A stretch of 60,159 nucleotides of DNA, the filler included, from Sluysia triapertura (Eukaryota), in assembly GCA_046118255.1 (NCBI GenBank). It is 4 parts of 4 records of this genome, joined end to end, with 100 filler letters (N's around TTAATTAATTAA, not from the genome) between each part and the next. Parts side by side here need not be neighbours in the genome. Positions count along the whole stretch, not along the records: positions 21,882 to 32,757 come from JBJNIA010192207.1; positions 32,858 to 48,193 come from JBJNIA010231122.1; 2 more parts are not named here. One strand, written 5' to 3'. Positions 21,882-34,302 of this stretch are shown piece by piece. How positions within the stretch are numbered: position 1 is the stretch's first letter; each line of letters opens with the position of its first letter. A model generated the notes under the pieces. That model saw nothing but the letters and a program-made list of their open reading frames with translations, searched no databases and had not been told where the DNA came from. The position numbers were made by a program, and so were the translations under genes.

Positions 21882-24739
21882 TATGGGACAATGACTGTAA
21901 TCACAAAGTTTCGGAGAAAAAATGTATTAATGATGCCGATTTGGAAAATATATCACTTACTATTAACATTCAAAGATATGTTTTGATGCTACTCATATTT
22001 TAATTACTGATAAACATGAAAATATTACGCTGCAAATAGAAAGTTGAGTACTATACTATATAAAATTGCAACTATCATCTTATCAATAACTTGAAGTCCA
22101 ATTAGTATAAATAGTGTAAGGTAGTATTGATATATTTAATCATGCACATAGTATTTCTACATACTGTTTCTGAATTAATTTTTTGGTACTAGCATTTGGA
22201 AAACATGGAAATGAAGAAGAAAGTTTTCAAAAAATTAATACAAAAATGTAAAGAAAAAATATAAGTAATTAATTAATTAATACATTTATTATAAACACGT
22301 TGTTATAAGTTAAGTTTAAAAATTGATTTAAATAATAATTCAACGTATCACATTGTAAGCCAAAGCGGTAGTACGTAAATTATTACAAAGTAATAAATTT
22401 AAAAATAAGTTAGTAAAATGTATTGGCATCAAGTTAGATCTTGGGAAGCAGGATTAACTCAAACTGAATTTTGTAAATTAAAAAATATTAAAGTAATTAA
22501 TGATTTTGACGAAAATTGGTCAATCAGATTACAAAACATGATATAATTTTCATTAATGACAAAAGCCAAGATGATTTTAATAATTTATTCCCTAAAATAG
22601 CTAAAGTAGAGAAGTGACTGTAATCTTAAAACTCAAAATCTATTTCATCAAGGTGGTAATCATCGTACTCGAAATTTAAATGTACAAGCATTTAGATAAA
22701 CAAGCATTTCCCCGCAACAAATTATTTCTAATAAATGCTTTTCATGATTCAACAAAAATACCACACACATATTTCTTTTTAGATTTTATAAAAGTGTTAT
22801 CCTGATAATAAGCATATATCTACTGATATTTTTAATCCTAATGGTATCATTTAAACAATGCATTAATTGTGACATGTTGAATTAACTTAATTTCGACTGT
22901 GTTGCAACAAAATAAAAAGATTAAATTTGAACGTAGTTTATCATATTTTGATGCATTTTTGAAAGCACAAAATTTCGTAGATTTACAAGTTTAAATTCCA
23001 TTTCGAATAATTTCGTATCAATCTAATTTGCTTGAAATAAAAGTTCCTCTTAAACTATGTAAACAAAGTCTTGAATGTATGTCTTTCTTCTGCTTATAAA
23101 ATTTGTTATCTTTCTACATCGAATGTGTTACTTGGTAATCATGAAACCTAAATTTTTTGAGGAATGATAGAGAAGGTATAACATTAAATTGTCAATTATA
23201 GCTGATACGTTTTTGGTTTTCATGTTAGATTATCACCGAAAGATTTAGTTGATTCAAAAAATGTGTTGTGTTCAATTCCACGATCACAGGACATTTTCGA
23301 ACGTGGTATGTTATATGATGTTCTTTGGAATGATTCTTGGTATCTTAACATACTTTTACAATAAAATTTTGATAAAGTATCTTGGTGGAGAGTTAGATTT
23401 ATGCGTTTTACATATTGTATAATTGTTGTTTTTTATTTCTCTTTTGTTAATGGAGTAATCAATACTCTAAACTTACTAATATTAGTTTCACCAGGCCTTA
23501 ATATAGCTTCATTTTCATTAAAAATTTAAATTAAAATTAAATCCTAAGAAGAATCCCTCAAAACTACCATAAATGAATATCAGTTCGATCCAGTCAATGT
23601 TTTACCTTTACCACAACCATTAACGCATAACGGCTTCGAATGGATTTATGATGTAACTAAATTAAATTAATTAATAGATAGTATAATTCGAAATTGACTT
23701 TATTATTCCATCTAATGTTTAAATCAGATGACTTACCTTTAGCTACTGAATCTAAATGTCCACCAAACTTCTAAAGTTATAATTTATTATTAACTCATGA
23801 ACCTAAATTTAATTGTATAATGTGCATTGGTGTATTCTGCAAATATTGCATTTTATTATAATTCAAATAAGTGCAGTCAAGCACAGACAAAATTCACGTT
23901 TTTACTAAGTGACCATTAAAATCAACGTTGGCTACTGAAAATAAAACCCGTGCAAATATAAAATAAACATAAAATAAATATAAATGAAAAACTAAAAAAT
24001 CATTTTCCAATCAAAATTTAATACAATACTCATTCTATCAAATTCATAATAAAATATGAACTACACTGACAAAAATAATCATTTATAAATAAGAAAATCA
24101 TTAAAAATAAAAGTTCTACAAAATTGTCAAAATAAATTATTTAATATTTCTACTTGAATTTGTTTTGTAAGATTTTGTCTACACATTCTTGTTATTTTAA
24201 TTTTAATGGAATTTGATCATATTTATACAAATATAATATCTTAGCAGATCAAATAATTAAATAACCTTCCTCTCCAATCACAATCTGATATATAATGAAA
24301 CTACTATGTTTCAAAACATCACAATTGCACTTTTACTTAGCAATTTAAAACAATGCAATATTTTGACATGATTTGTTTATAAATGATTATTATATATCAT
24401 TCAGAATTATTTGAGTTGAATAGTAAATTATTAATGTAAATATGTAAAAAAAAATTAATTAGAATAATTCATAATTAAGAAACAATCATTTAAAAAGATG
24501 TATCTATTTTGTTTTAAATTTTAAAATCGATAATATTAAATATTAAATATAATTAAAAATGTCTGTAAAGGATTTATGCATAGTCGATATTTAATCGTGC
24601 AATCAGCGAAAATATTTCCGAATTAAAATTTAAATGCTTGCTGATTTTATTTTATTTATTTATTATATTATTATATAATAGAATAATTTTAAATATATTC
24701 TTTACTAAAAAAGTATGATTTATTAAAAATATGATGGAG

Positions 24740-25100
24740 TAAAATTAATATATTTGTTTTGATTGCCCAACTATGAAATGGGAGATGGGTAGGAAACATA
24801 TGGAATTACAAAGTGTATGAAGAATTGATACAAACATTGATAGAACATTATAAACAGTGTTGGAGTATGATGAAAATCTCTATAATAGTGTTAACACCAA
24901 TATTTCCCTATTATATTCTGAAATTTATTACCATATATTGAATGGTATGCATCATTATTTGAGATATCAGTTAATTCATCTTTAATCTTTTCATTTAGTA
25001 TTAACAATGGTAAGGCATAATGTCAATCTTACAATTAAATAGCTAATGATAATTTTCTAATTCTTCATAATTCTAATGCATTCTTAATTTACTTAAATCT
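24740..25100 (-). mobile_element. Heavily decayed non-LTR retrotransposon ORF2 C-terminal fragment
   Basis: Minus-strand CLYQFFIHFVIPYVSY.../WGN resembles the LINE LY...I.P.L.Y....WG motif. Confidence 0.3.
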
Positions 25101-26424
25101 GAAACAGTTTGTCCTACATATTTGGTTTAATAATTTTAATAACCAAATTATTAAAAGTTATTTCATTCCATAGGCACCTGATAAACTTTTGACATTTATT
25201 TCGTAGCATGATTGAAAAGACTAAATAACACGAACTAGAATTTATTATACTAAACTTGGAAACACATCTATCTAATAAAAACATTTTGGTACAACAAAAG
25301 GAATGAGACCCTGAGCACACAAGCCCCGTAAACATAGATAGACACAACTAGTTGATCAAAAAATAAAATAGGTCTCATGCTTGAATAGGTGACTGTTTTC
25401 TCCGTTACTATCTCTGGTATAGGTAAATCGAATTGGAGTAATATACGTGGTACGCTGGTACCCTCTATACATAACTTTATCTTCTGAGTCTCATCTGGTG
25501 CTCCAACGCTAAAACCAAAATCCTTATGACTATCTGGTACTCTATGCTCAGAGTGTAACTTCTCGGAAGCTCTTGCAGTTAATATATGGTAGGTTCTATT
25601 TTTACGACCGCCTTCGGAACAACTTTTAATGGTATTTTTGTAGGTAACAGTTACTTTTAATCTTTAACTCGTCTAGCATTCTTTGCATTGCAATAATTTT
25701 TGTATAAGAATTAATTTAAATAATGAAATCTATTCAGCCTTTTATCCCAAATAACATAATTAATTGAATTATTAAAAATTTTCAAAAAATAATATAAACA
25801 GAAATTGAAAATAAAAGATCAAAATATAAAAATAACACAAAAGTTTCTATTCTTTATCTGAAAAGGAACGGATAACAAATTAAATATTGTATATGGAAAT
25901 ATGCTTTTTATTCCTACTCACGCTTGGATGACTATTTAAACAAAACCTCGCAATTAACTTATTAGGTTATTCTTTGTTTCGTTTCTTTTCTTTTTTTGAA
26001 GTAGAAACGAACTCTTTTGCAATTTCTTCTTCTATATCTATTAACTTACAATGCTTCAGCTCATCATGCGAAATGTTCTTTTCAATTTCTGTATTTCTGG
26101 TTTTTCTTTTTCCTTATGTAATTGAATCAACTTATATAGATAATTAAATCTATAATGACATCGTTATTTCTCCGATCACGTGCAATAGGTTTTTCAGAAT
26201 GAAAAACGATAAAACAGAGAGAATTTAGAATTTGGTGGACTTTTAGAATCAGGAACTAAAGGTAAGACATCTAACTTAATATGCACGTGACATGGAATAA
26301 TAAAGTCAACCTCTAATGTATAACCTATTTTACTATTTATAGTATCTATATCTGGTAGATGTACCATTAATTAATTTAATTTATTTACATCATGAATCCA
26401 TTCGAGGTCGTTGTGCGTTAATAG

Positions 26425-26456
<32 letters not shown>

Positions 26457-27519
26457 TTTACTGACAAATATAACAATTTTCGAAAAAAACTAAACATAAC
26501 ATAAACCAATAACTCATCATCTTATGATTAGTGTGGTGATTCCTAACTCAAACCTAAGTCAATGATAAAAAATTGACTATTTAAGTGATCTTCATTTATA
26601 GCTAATAAATGTGTTTAATTTTTAGTAGACCATCATATCATTAAATATATTATCGCAATTTAATTATCACCACATAATTAAAGCCTTATTATAATAGTTA
26701 TCACTTATACCATTAGTACTAATGATTTAATATTTTGTAGAACACAGAGTGAAGCAGCTATAAGATACAGAAAAATACTTTGTGATTTTGCTACACTATT
26801 TGAAAATATTTTATTAGTTAATTAAGTGATAAAAACTGCAAACTATCTTTAAATTTAATTGAAATTTTTTTAATGATTTAGTATAAGCACATAAGGCTTG
26901 ACGTTTTTCTGAACTTAGTTGTGTACAAGTTATTTCTCAATTTATTATTTCGCCCAGTGCATATTTTAATATGTGATTAATACCATATTCATATATAATT
27001 TATGAAAAACTAAAATCGCACTAATTTACAAGATGCACCTAAATACTTACCACTAAAATAGTCATGACCTTTAACAAGTTTAGCTATTTTTACACAAATA
27101 ACATGTGTTTGCATTATTAAACTGAAGTTGTTCGGAACTAGTTAAATTAATTTGTTTTGATTAAAGTTAGAAAATTTAAATAAGATTTAACATCACTTAT
27201 ATGTTTTATATTACAATTAATACAATCTATCAATTATCACAATAAATATAAGTTTATTCTATAAATATCAATTTTCAAGAATAAAAATCAAATATTCAAA
27301 TAAAAATTATAGCCAAGAAATGCCAAATCATAAGTCAAATAATGTTACATACTTAACCAAGAGTAACACAACCAAAACTAAATGAAGAACAAACAACTAA
27401 TCTAATTTTCAAATAATTTTAATAACTTTTATCCCAGGAAAACCATATCTTGATTAAATAAACACCATATTCAGGACCACTCTATACATATTTCTAGTTT
27501 AACCGATTATTTCATTATT

Positions 27520-28426
27520 TGTTATGTCTTTAGGAATTAATTAAACTATCAATTTCTTGAGTTATATTCATTAAGTTTCATTGGTAAGACGTCGACATTT
27601 ACACGAATGATATGTTAAAATAGAACCTTTAATTTAATACAAAACCTTTCTAAAATTACCTTTAAAGTGTTTTATTTAATTTAATTAAGTTAATTTAGAA
27701 ATGCACGTTTACCAGTTTTATGTCTTAAAATGAATTTGTTAGGTTGTCATCACAACCCTCTAAAATTATTTAAAAGTCTCTTAAAACCTATAAAATAACT
27801 TTAAAAATATTTATTTTTCGAAAAAAAGAATATTAGCTTCTAAAAATAGAATATAAGCTTCTACAATGTTCTAAAACATTCTAGAACATTCCATAGATTC
27901 CTATTGGCTGATGACTAGTATAAAAATTAGTATCATTTTAGCAAATCACAATTTATATATTTTTAAGTTCAATTTCAACTTTAGAAGTTAAAATTATAAA
28001 ATCGACGTAAATTTTTAAATTATTTGTAATTTTTAAGTCCGCGATATATTGAGGGATAATATATACTCAAATCATTATAGTTATTAGATTAAACGCTCTT
28101 CGAGCTTTAATCCTTAAAATACTTTTTATTACTCTCTTGTGTTTTTGTTATTACTATAAGATCTTTTGTATTTCGTGAATAAAGTTAATATTTTTGTGTC
28201 TATTTAATTATTAAAAGTACAGGATTAAGTTGTTAAAATTTTGAGAAAATTTCATTATTGGAGCATTTATTAAAGACCCTGACTACAGAACATTTATTTT
28301 CAGATAAAATATTAGCTTACATAGTTATATAGAAACGCCCTCTTCACGACATAAGACGTTTACTTTAACCGAATCCTACTCAAAAGTATTTTTCCGTAGT
28401 TTAAGTGTTAAAAAAACTACATCACA
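27520..28426 (+). mobile_element. Solo LTR copy A with HSE-CCAAT-TATA
   Basis: TGTTATG...CATCACA ends; colinear similarity to 29254-30259. nGAAn/nTTCn array 27858-27892, ATTGG 27903, TATAAAA 27919. No clear TSD, so boundaries are approximate. Confidence 0.65.
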
Positions 28427-28954
28427 TTTCAAAATGTTATGCATAAACTTCAATGTCGCGCTTCCGGCTTTTCTGCTGTTTAAGATTTATTCGCTAATAA
28501 TTATTATTACCATTATTATTAATTAATTAATTAACTATAATTATTTTTATTACTATTATCTTTTATTATTAATTTAATATTAAATCCAGACCTGTGTGGT
28601 AATCTATTCCGCAAATCATTCTAATTCAACAACATAATCCGAATAAAATTTTTAAGAAAATACCTATCCACTCCAACAATTAAGAACCCTAACAGTTTCA
28701 AGGAATTTAGAATATTTTGTAGATAATGTTTAGAATATAATGTTCTTTAGTAAAATTAAACATATTATTTCGAGAGACCACCAATGCCATTTATTTTATG
28801 TTTCATTCATTTATGAATCTTTTCTGGTGCTGATTTCTTATGATTGAATCTTCCAAAATGGAATGTATTAAAATTTGATGATACCATTTTCTACATTACA
28901 ATCAAATTTGATATTTATGTAAATAAATAAATAAATTTCCAAAATTAAACAATT

Positions 28955-29040
28955 AATAATAATAATAATAATATATTAATTTATATTGCGCTCATATTTA
29001 CTGCAAAATACGTACTTAGAGCTTAAAATAAATAATTCAT
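28955..29040 (-). mobile_element. 3' end of the same LINE family as 48740-50034
   Basis: Reverse complement matches the tail ...agtacgta...atatgagcgcaatataaatt.atatattattat, followed by a (TTA)n tail. Confidence 0.7.
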
Positions 29041-29253
29041 TTTATTTCTGAAAGATCTTTGCCTTTTTGTTAAATATTTCACAATATTTCACAGTAATTC
29101 TCTGGTAGCTGGAACATAAACGGTATATACAATCTATCACCTATCTTATTATCACTGTGTAGATTATTATGTCTCAATGAAATATTCCAAATTCAGGACT
29201 TGTAAATTATTGTCATGATTTCGAATTCTACTCTTGCTTTTATTGGTAACCAA

Positions 29254-30259
29254 TGTAATCCCTTAAGGGAAGGTGTTACATGAGATGTTCTTCACAAGTG
29301 AAAAAAATTAATAAAATTCAATTAAATAAAACGAATTATCTAAAACAGTTAAAAATTATCTTCCATTAATCTAATAACACTTTAATCCAGTTTACCTTTT
29401 CAGCTTCTTTTATTTGTTGTATTTGGTTTTACATCAGAGTAATTTATTTTGAGTTTAACATACATGTTAATTAAATAATTGGCATCTTGTTATCAATTTA
29501 CTATCAATTTATAGTTATCAATTATTGCTTTAAAATTATTTAAAAATCAATTAAAATCATATTAAATGTTTTAAAACTATTTATAAATCTTTAAAATCAC
29601 TTAAAAATAATTATTTTCCAAAAAAGAGAAGATTCGCCTCTAAAAATAGAATAGAATGTTCTAGAACATTCCATCGATTTTCATTGGCTGATGACTAGAG
29701 TCAGTTTAATGAAAATCGCCATATTGAAAATTTAGATATTAGTATGTGAGCTTTTTTAATCACATAATCAAGGATTTGCAGTTGTTTTAAGAAGATTTTC
29801 CAATTTCCATGTCAACAGTAATTTATTTTTTATAAGTTGATATTAATTTTGGTCAATAAGATATAATCAAAATCCAAATTTCTAAGAAAGTGTATATTGA
29901 GGGGTAAAATAGAGGAAAAATTATATTTCATCAAAAGTTAAAGACTGAAAATCAGTTTTAACTATAATAAAATTTTATTTGTTTGAATTTTACTTTCCTC
30001 TTGTAATTTGTGTTGTCGAAACTTAATAAAGCTTCAATTTTTTAGTTTTGTTTGTTGTATTAAGATTTGTAATTATACTTATTAAGAATTAGACCCTCGA
30101 GTATCAACTTGATTGAAGAAAGTAGTATTATTGTTACTAAAGTAACCGTTAACTTATGTGATTGCAGAAACGCCTTCGATGTGTTGTAAGACGTTTACTG
30201 TAACAGTAATCGAATAATATTTTGCCGTAGGTTAAGTGTTAGAAAAAACCACTATTACA
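29254..30259 (+). mobile_element. Solo LTR copy B with perfect 4-unit HSE and CCAAT
   Basis: TGTAAT...ATTACA perfect terminal inverted 6-mer; shared blocks with copy A (gaaacgcc...taagacgtttact...ccgtag.ttaagtgtta). aGAAt-gTTCt-aGAAc-aTTCc at 29653-29672; ATTGG at 29683. Confidence 0.7.
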
Positions 30260-30697
30260 AATGAAACAAACTCCAAATTTTATTTCTTCGATTTCTTCTT
30301 GAAACAGAGCTAAACAAATATAACAAATTCTTTTTATTGTTTCTTGAGAACAATTCGGCCAAATTAATTTAATACTAAAAACAAAAAAAAGTATATCTAA
30401 CTAAGTTTAATTTGCAAATTTAGTGTCTTTTTATTTAGAAATATATAATTGTCAATAAAAAGAATAAAAACTAATTTATGTGACAGTCGAAACATTATAA
30501 AATAGGTTAAAATTAAAATTTCCCATAAAATTATTTAATAAGACAATAAAAACTCAAATGAAAGTTATTTGATTAAATAAATTTTTATTTATTGAATTTA
30601 AGATATTGTTTAAATTTCATTTCTTATTGGATTATTCATTTTACATATATATATGTAACATCGCTTTTTATGAATTACATTAACAAATTTATAAATA

Positions 30698-31648
30698 ATG
30701 CTTACAAGTACGTGGCTACAACTAAGTGTATTTTTCGCTATAATAATGATGATCCTTATATTATTGGGGATCTTCGGTTCTATTATGACTTTAATTATAT
30801 TAAAATTTGATACACAATTGAGAGTATTTTCTCGACTATTGTTAGCATTTCAAGCACTGTATGATTTTGGAGTGATACTACTTGTTGGATTTCAATTATT
30901 GTTATACAATATCAGTGGACGATATTTTGATGTTCCAAGTCATACACTTTGTCGTATACATAGAGTATTAGATAAAATTGTAACTAATGGTTCAGTTTTA
31001 ACTCTCTGCTTATTAACAACAGAACGTTTATTGTTATTACTTTTACCAACAAATGTTTTCATTAGAAGTCTAAATAAAAACCATGCTTTTGGCTTGCTTA
31101 GTATTATTACATTAGTGAGCTTCGGATTTGGAATTCCATACGTTTATTCCGAAATTGTTAGAAGTGGTATTTGTACTTTATTAAAAAGTTGGGCTTATAT
31201 TACAGCTTATTTTCAATTAGCTGTAACTGCGATTATACCATTCTTTTATCTTCTTATTTGTTCAATAATTATATCGTATAAATTAATAAACAATATTAAA
31301 CGAATAGAAAATACAAAATCAAAAGATAATTCAACATCAGTAATGTCTAGACAAGCAATAATGATTGTTTTGATAACAACGATTTATTTTATTTTTAGTA
31401 CTTTGCCGTCTAGTTTGATTCGCTTGACAAATAATTTGAATATATGGCATGAACGACACTTGCAAGAACTAATTTTAAAAATTGGCTTAACCATTGAAGT
31501 ATCCAATTCAAGTTTCAAGTTTTATTTTTACATATTGGGTTCGAAAAATTTTCGAACAACTTTTAAAAACATAATGTGTTATAGATGCAAACCTTATTCA
31601 AAACGATTTACACATTCACAGATTACAGAAACTTCTAACGCAACATGA
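30698..31648 (+). CDS. Orphan rhodopsin-like (class A) GPCR, single exon, 316 aa
   Basis: Seven hydrophobic segments, TM2 LLAFQALYD, TM3 Cys plus TTERL, ECL2 Cys, TM5 IIPF, TM7 NSSFKFYFY and helix-8 SKNFR; AATAAA at ~31686. Confidence 0.9.
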   Translation: MLTSTWLQLSVFFAIIMMILILLGIFGSIMTLIILKFDTQLRVFSRLLLAFQALYDFGVILLVGFQLLLYNISGRYFDVPSHTLCRIHRVLDKIVTNGSVLTLCLLTTERLLLLLLPTNVFIRSLNKNHAFGLLSIITLVSFGFGIPYVYSEIVRSGICTLLKSWAYITAYFQLAVTAIIPFFYLLICSIIISYKLINNIKRIENTKSKDNSTSVMSRQAIMIVLITTIYFIFSTLPSSLIRLTNNLNIWHERHLQELILKIGLTIEVSNSSFKFYFYILGSKNFRTTFKNIMCYRCKPYSKRFTHSQITETSNAT

Positions 31649-32757
31649 TATTAAATTTGAAATATCTATTGCACTTCACTTTTTAAATAAATGAATGTTT
31701 GAAAATTATTTATAATTTTTTGTAATTTGTGAATAAGGATTATGTAGTATTGTTTTTACTTTTCGAAATTGAAAATAAGATATTAAATAAATACGTTTTC
31801 TTTAATTTATCAATTCATGTTTAATATTTGTAAATATAGCCTTTATAAATTTAAGCAAAAATTATTATTTTTATTGTTAAATCAATTGATTTAAATCAAT
31901 TTTTTCAATAAATATGAACATTTTTTAAAATTAAATTTTCTAAATTAACAAAATTATATAACAAAAATTATTTATGTTTTCATTTTACATTTTATAACAT
32001 TAATTAAAATAAAATTAATTAAAATAAAATTAATTAAAATAACATTAATTAATCAAACAAAAATAATGGCAATATCTTAATATTAGATATTATAACTAAA
32101 GAAGAAACTAAGGAAGTAAAGTAATTTGTTTACAAATATATTTAAAAAGTATTTGAAGATCTAGTACAAAAATAATTTAAATGTCGAATATCAAAATTCG
32201 AATACTAAAATTTTGTCAACTTGTGAAGCTAAAGGGATAATCATAATCACAATAAATAATAATAATAATAATTAGTAATAAAAAAGTAATAATTTTTGAC
32301 AAATAATAATAATAATAATAAAAGAGTGATTAAAAAGCAATAATATTCGAAAAAGAATAATAAAATAATAATTTATGCAATAAAAACAATAATAAAGTTG
32401 AAAAAAGAATAACAAAATAGTAAGAAAGCACCAAATAAATACAAAAAATTGTGGATTAATATAAAGCTGCGAATTTAAGGAGAAGCAAAGAAAAATTGTG
32501 AAAAGAACCTACTAATGAATACCGCATTTGACGGATTACTTCACCTAATTCCGATTCGATTACATTTAATTTGTAATCCAGCAGTAACGTCGAATTTTCC
32601 CGGAATTAATTATCAAAACTAAAATTTTTAATATTGTACCAAAAATCGTAAATTGTTTCTTGCAATGTTTCCTTTGTTAACAAAGGCAGAAAATCATCGG
32701 TAGAATTATTTTTATGGTAATAATAATAAAATCATTATTAAAATCACATTTACCGAC

Positions 32758-32857
32758 NNNNNNNNNNNNNNNNNNNNNNNNNNNNNNNNNNNNNNNNNNN
32801 NTTAATTAATTAANNNNNNNNNNNNNNNNNNNNNNNNNNNNNNNNNNNNNNNNNNNN
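32758..32857. other. Artificial scaffold join N44-TTAATTAATTAA-N44
   Basis: Same 100-nt design; linker at 32802-32813. Confidence 0.97.
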
Positions 32858-32943
32858 TGTGTGTGCGGGTTATATTAAAGAAAGTTGATTTTTATAATGC
32901 GGGCTATACATTAAGTGCGGATTATACACAAGAAAATACGATA
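32858..32943. mobile_element. Terminus of a pogo/Tigger-like element
   Basis: Three gcgg..tata subterminal repeats, ending ...gaaaatacga|ta; the reverse resembles TA|CCGTATTTTC termini. Confidence 0.55.
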
Positions 32944-34302
32944 CGTTAATTTCAAAGTTCGGTTTTTTATTAATAAATTAAACAATTTTAAATAAATATT
33001 TAGTGTTCAGTTCAGGTTTGTAAACTTATCTTTGATAACGTCTACTGTTATAATAAATTCATAAAATAGGAATGTTAACCAAGTTAAATCTTAAATTAAT
33101 AAGCTAAATAAGATATACAATTGCACATTTTTGTAGATAAAATATTTTAGCTTAAAATCCCTATACTCAGAAATAGATTAAACTCTTAATTCACCATAAA
33201 CTAAAGGGAACAAACATAATAAGAGAATGATTCTAAAAGTTTGTTTTATTTATATTAAATATTTTTAAATTTAGTGAATGTACTTAACAACTAATAACAA
33301 TATAATAGCCGGTAATAATTTCAGTTATAATAATATCATTTGTATACCAATTTTTATCATCAGATTGCAATAGCAGTTCTACTTTTATTCTTATTTGACT
33401 GTGGAAATTCCACTTTATTGAGTACTTTTCACCGATATTATACTAAGGCCAATAAATTCTTCAATTCAATGATATAATTTTTATATATTTAATTTTTCTC
33501 ATAGTTAAATTCTACTGTTTAAATAATGGTCAAATTCCTTTTATTGTTCATATAATATAAATGATTTTGAGATATGCATTATTGTAACATATTTCAGATA
33601 TATTAATTTTACATTATGCATTATTTTTCTATCTTTAACAATACTTCTCACTTTATACTACAATCGAATTAATTTCGAATTAACCTTTAACACACAAATT
33701 CCATTTTCAATGTTTAATACATCAACATTATGTTTCGCGATTAAATAAACAAAATGAGAATCATATATCAACAATCTTTCTTTCTATACGTGATTATTCC
33801 ATTCCACATAATTTTTTTAGAATGTTTAAAAATGATACACATAAATGACGATGTTTTACTATAATTGTTTTTATTATTAATTCTACTATGAATTTTATTA
33901 ATTTAATTTTAGATCCACCAGACAGATGATTTCATCTACAAGTATTTGTTATTAACAATTGAATTATGTGAAATATTTTGTGAAAATAAATAATCCTGTT
34001 TTTATGCAGGAGGCAGGGACCGTATAAAAAACGCATGAAAAACATGCCGAACTTCGAAAATAGATTCAAAACATTTTGCCTTGCAAAACAATCAAAAAAG
34101 CTTTTGGTGCGGTGACACAGGTACAAAAATCGCACAAAAATAGGTTTGATTCTAAAGAAAAATTAAAACAATTTATCATAAGGAAACTTTACTAAAGAAT
34201 TGTTAGTACGTTTTTTAAATAAAACATATTATTGTATCAATGTTGCTAACATCATTATATTTTAAATCGATTAGATTATAAGTGATACAATAATTTAATA
34301 AA

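Noticed and set aside
27520-30259. The two LTRs as ends of one TRIM
   Set aside because: Too diverged, no PBS or PPT, no TSD, and the spacer holds a LINE tail.
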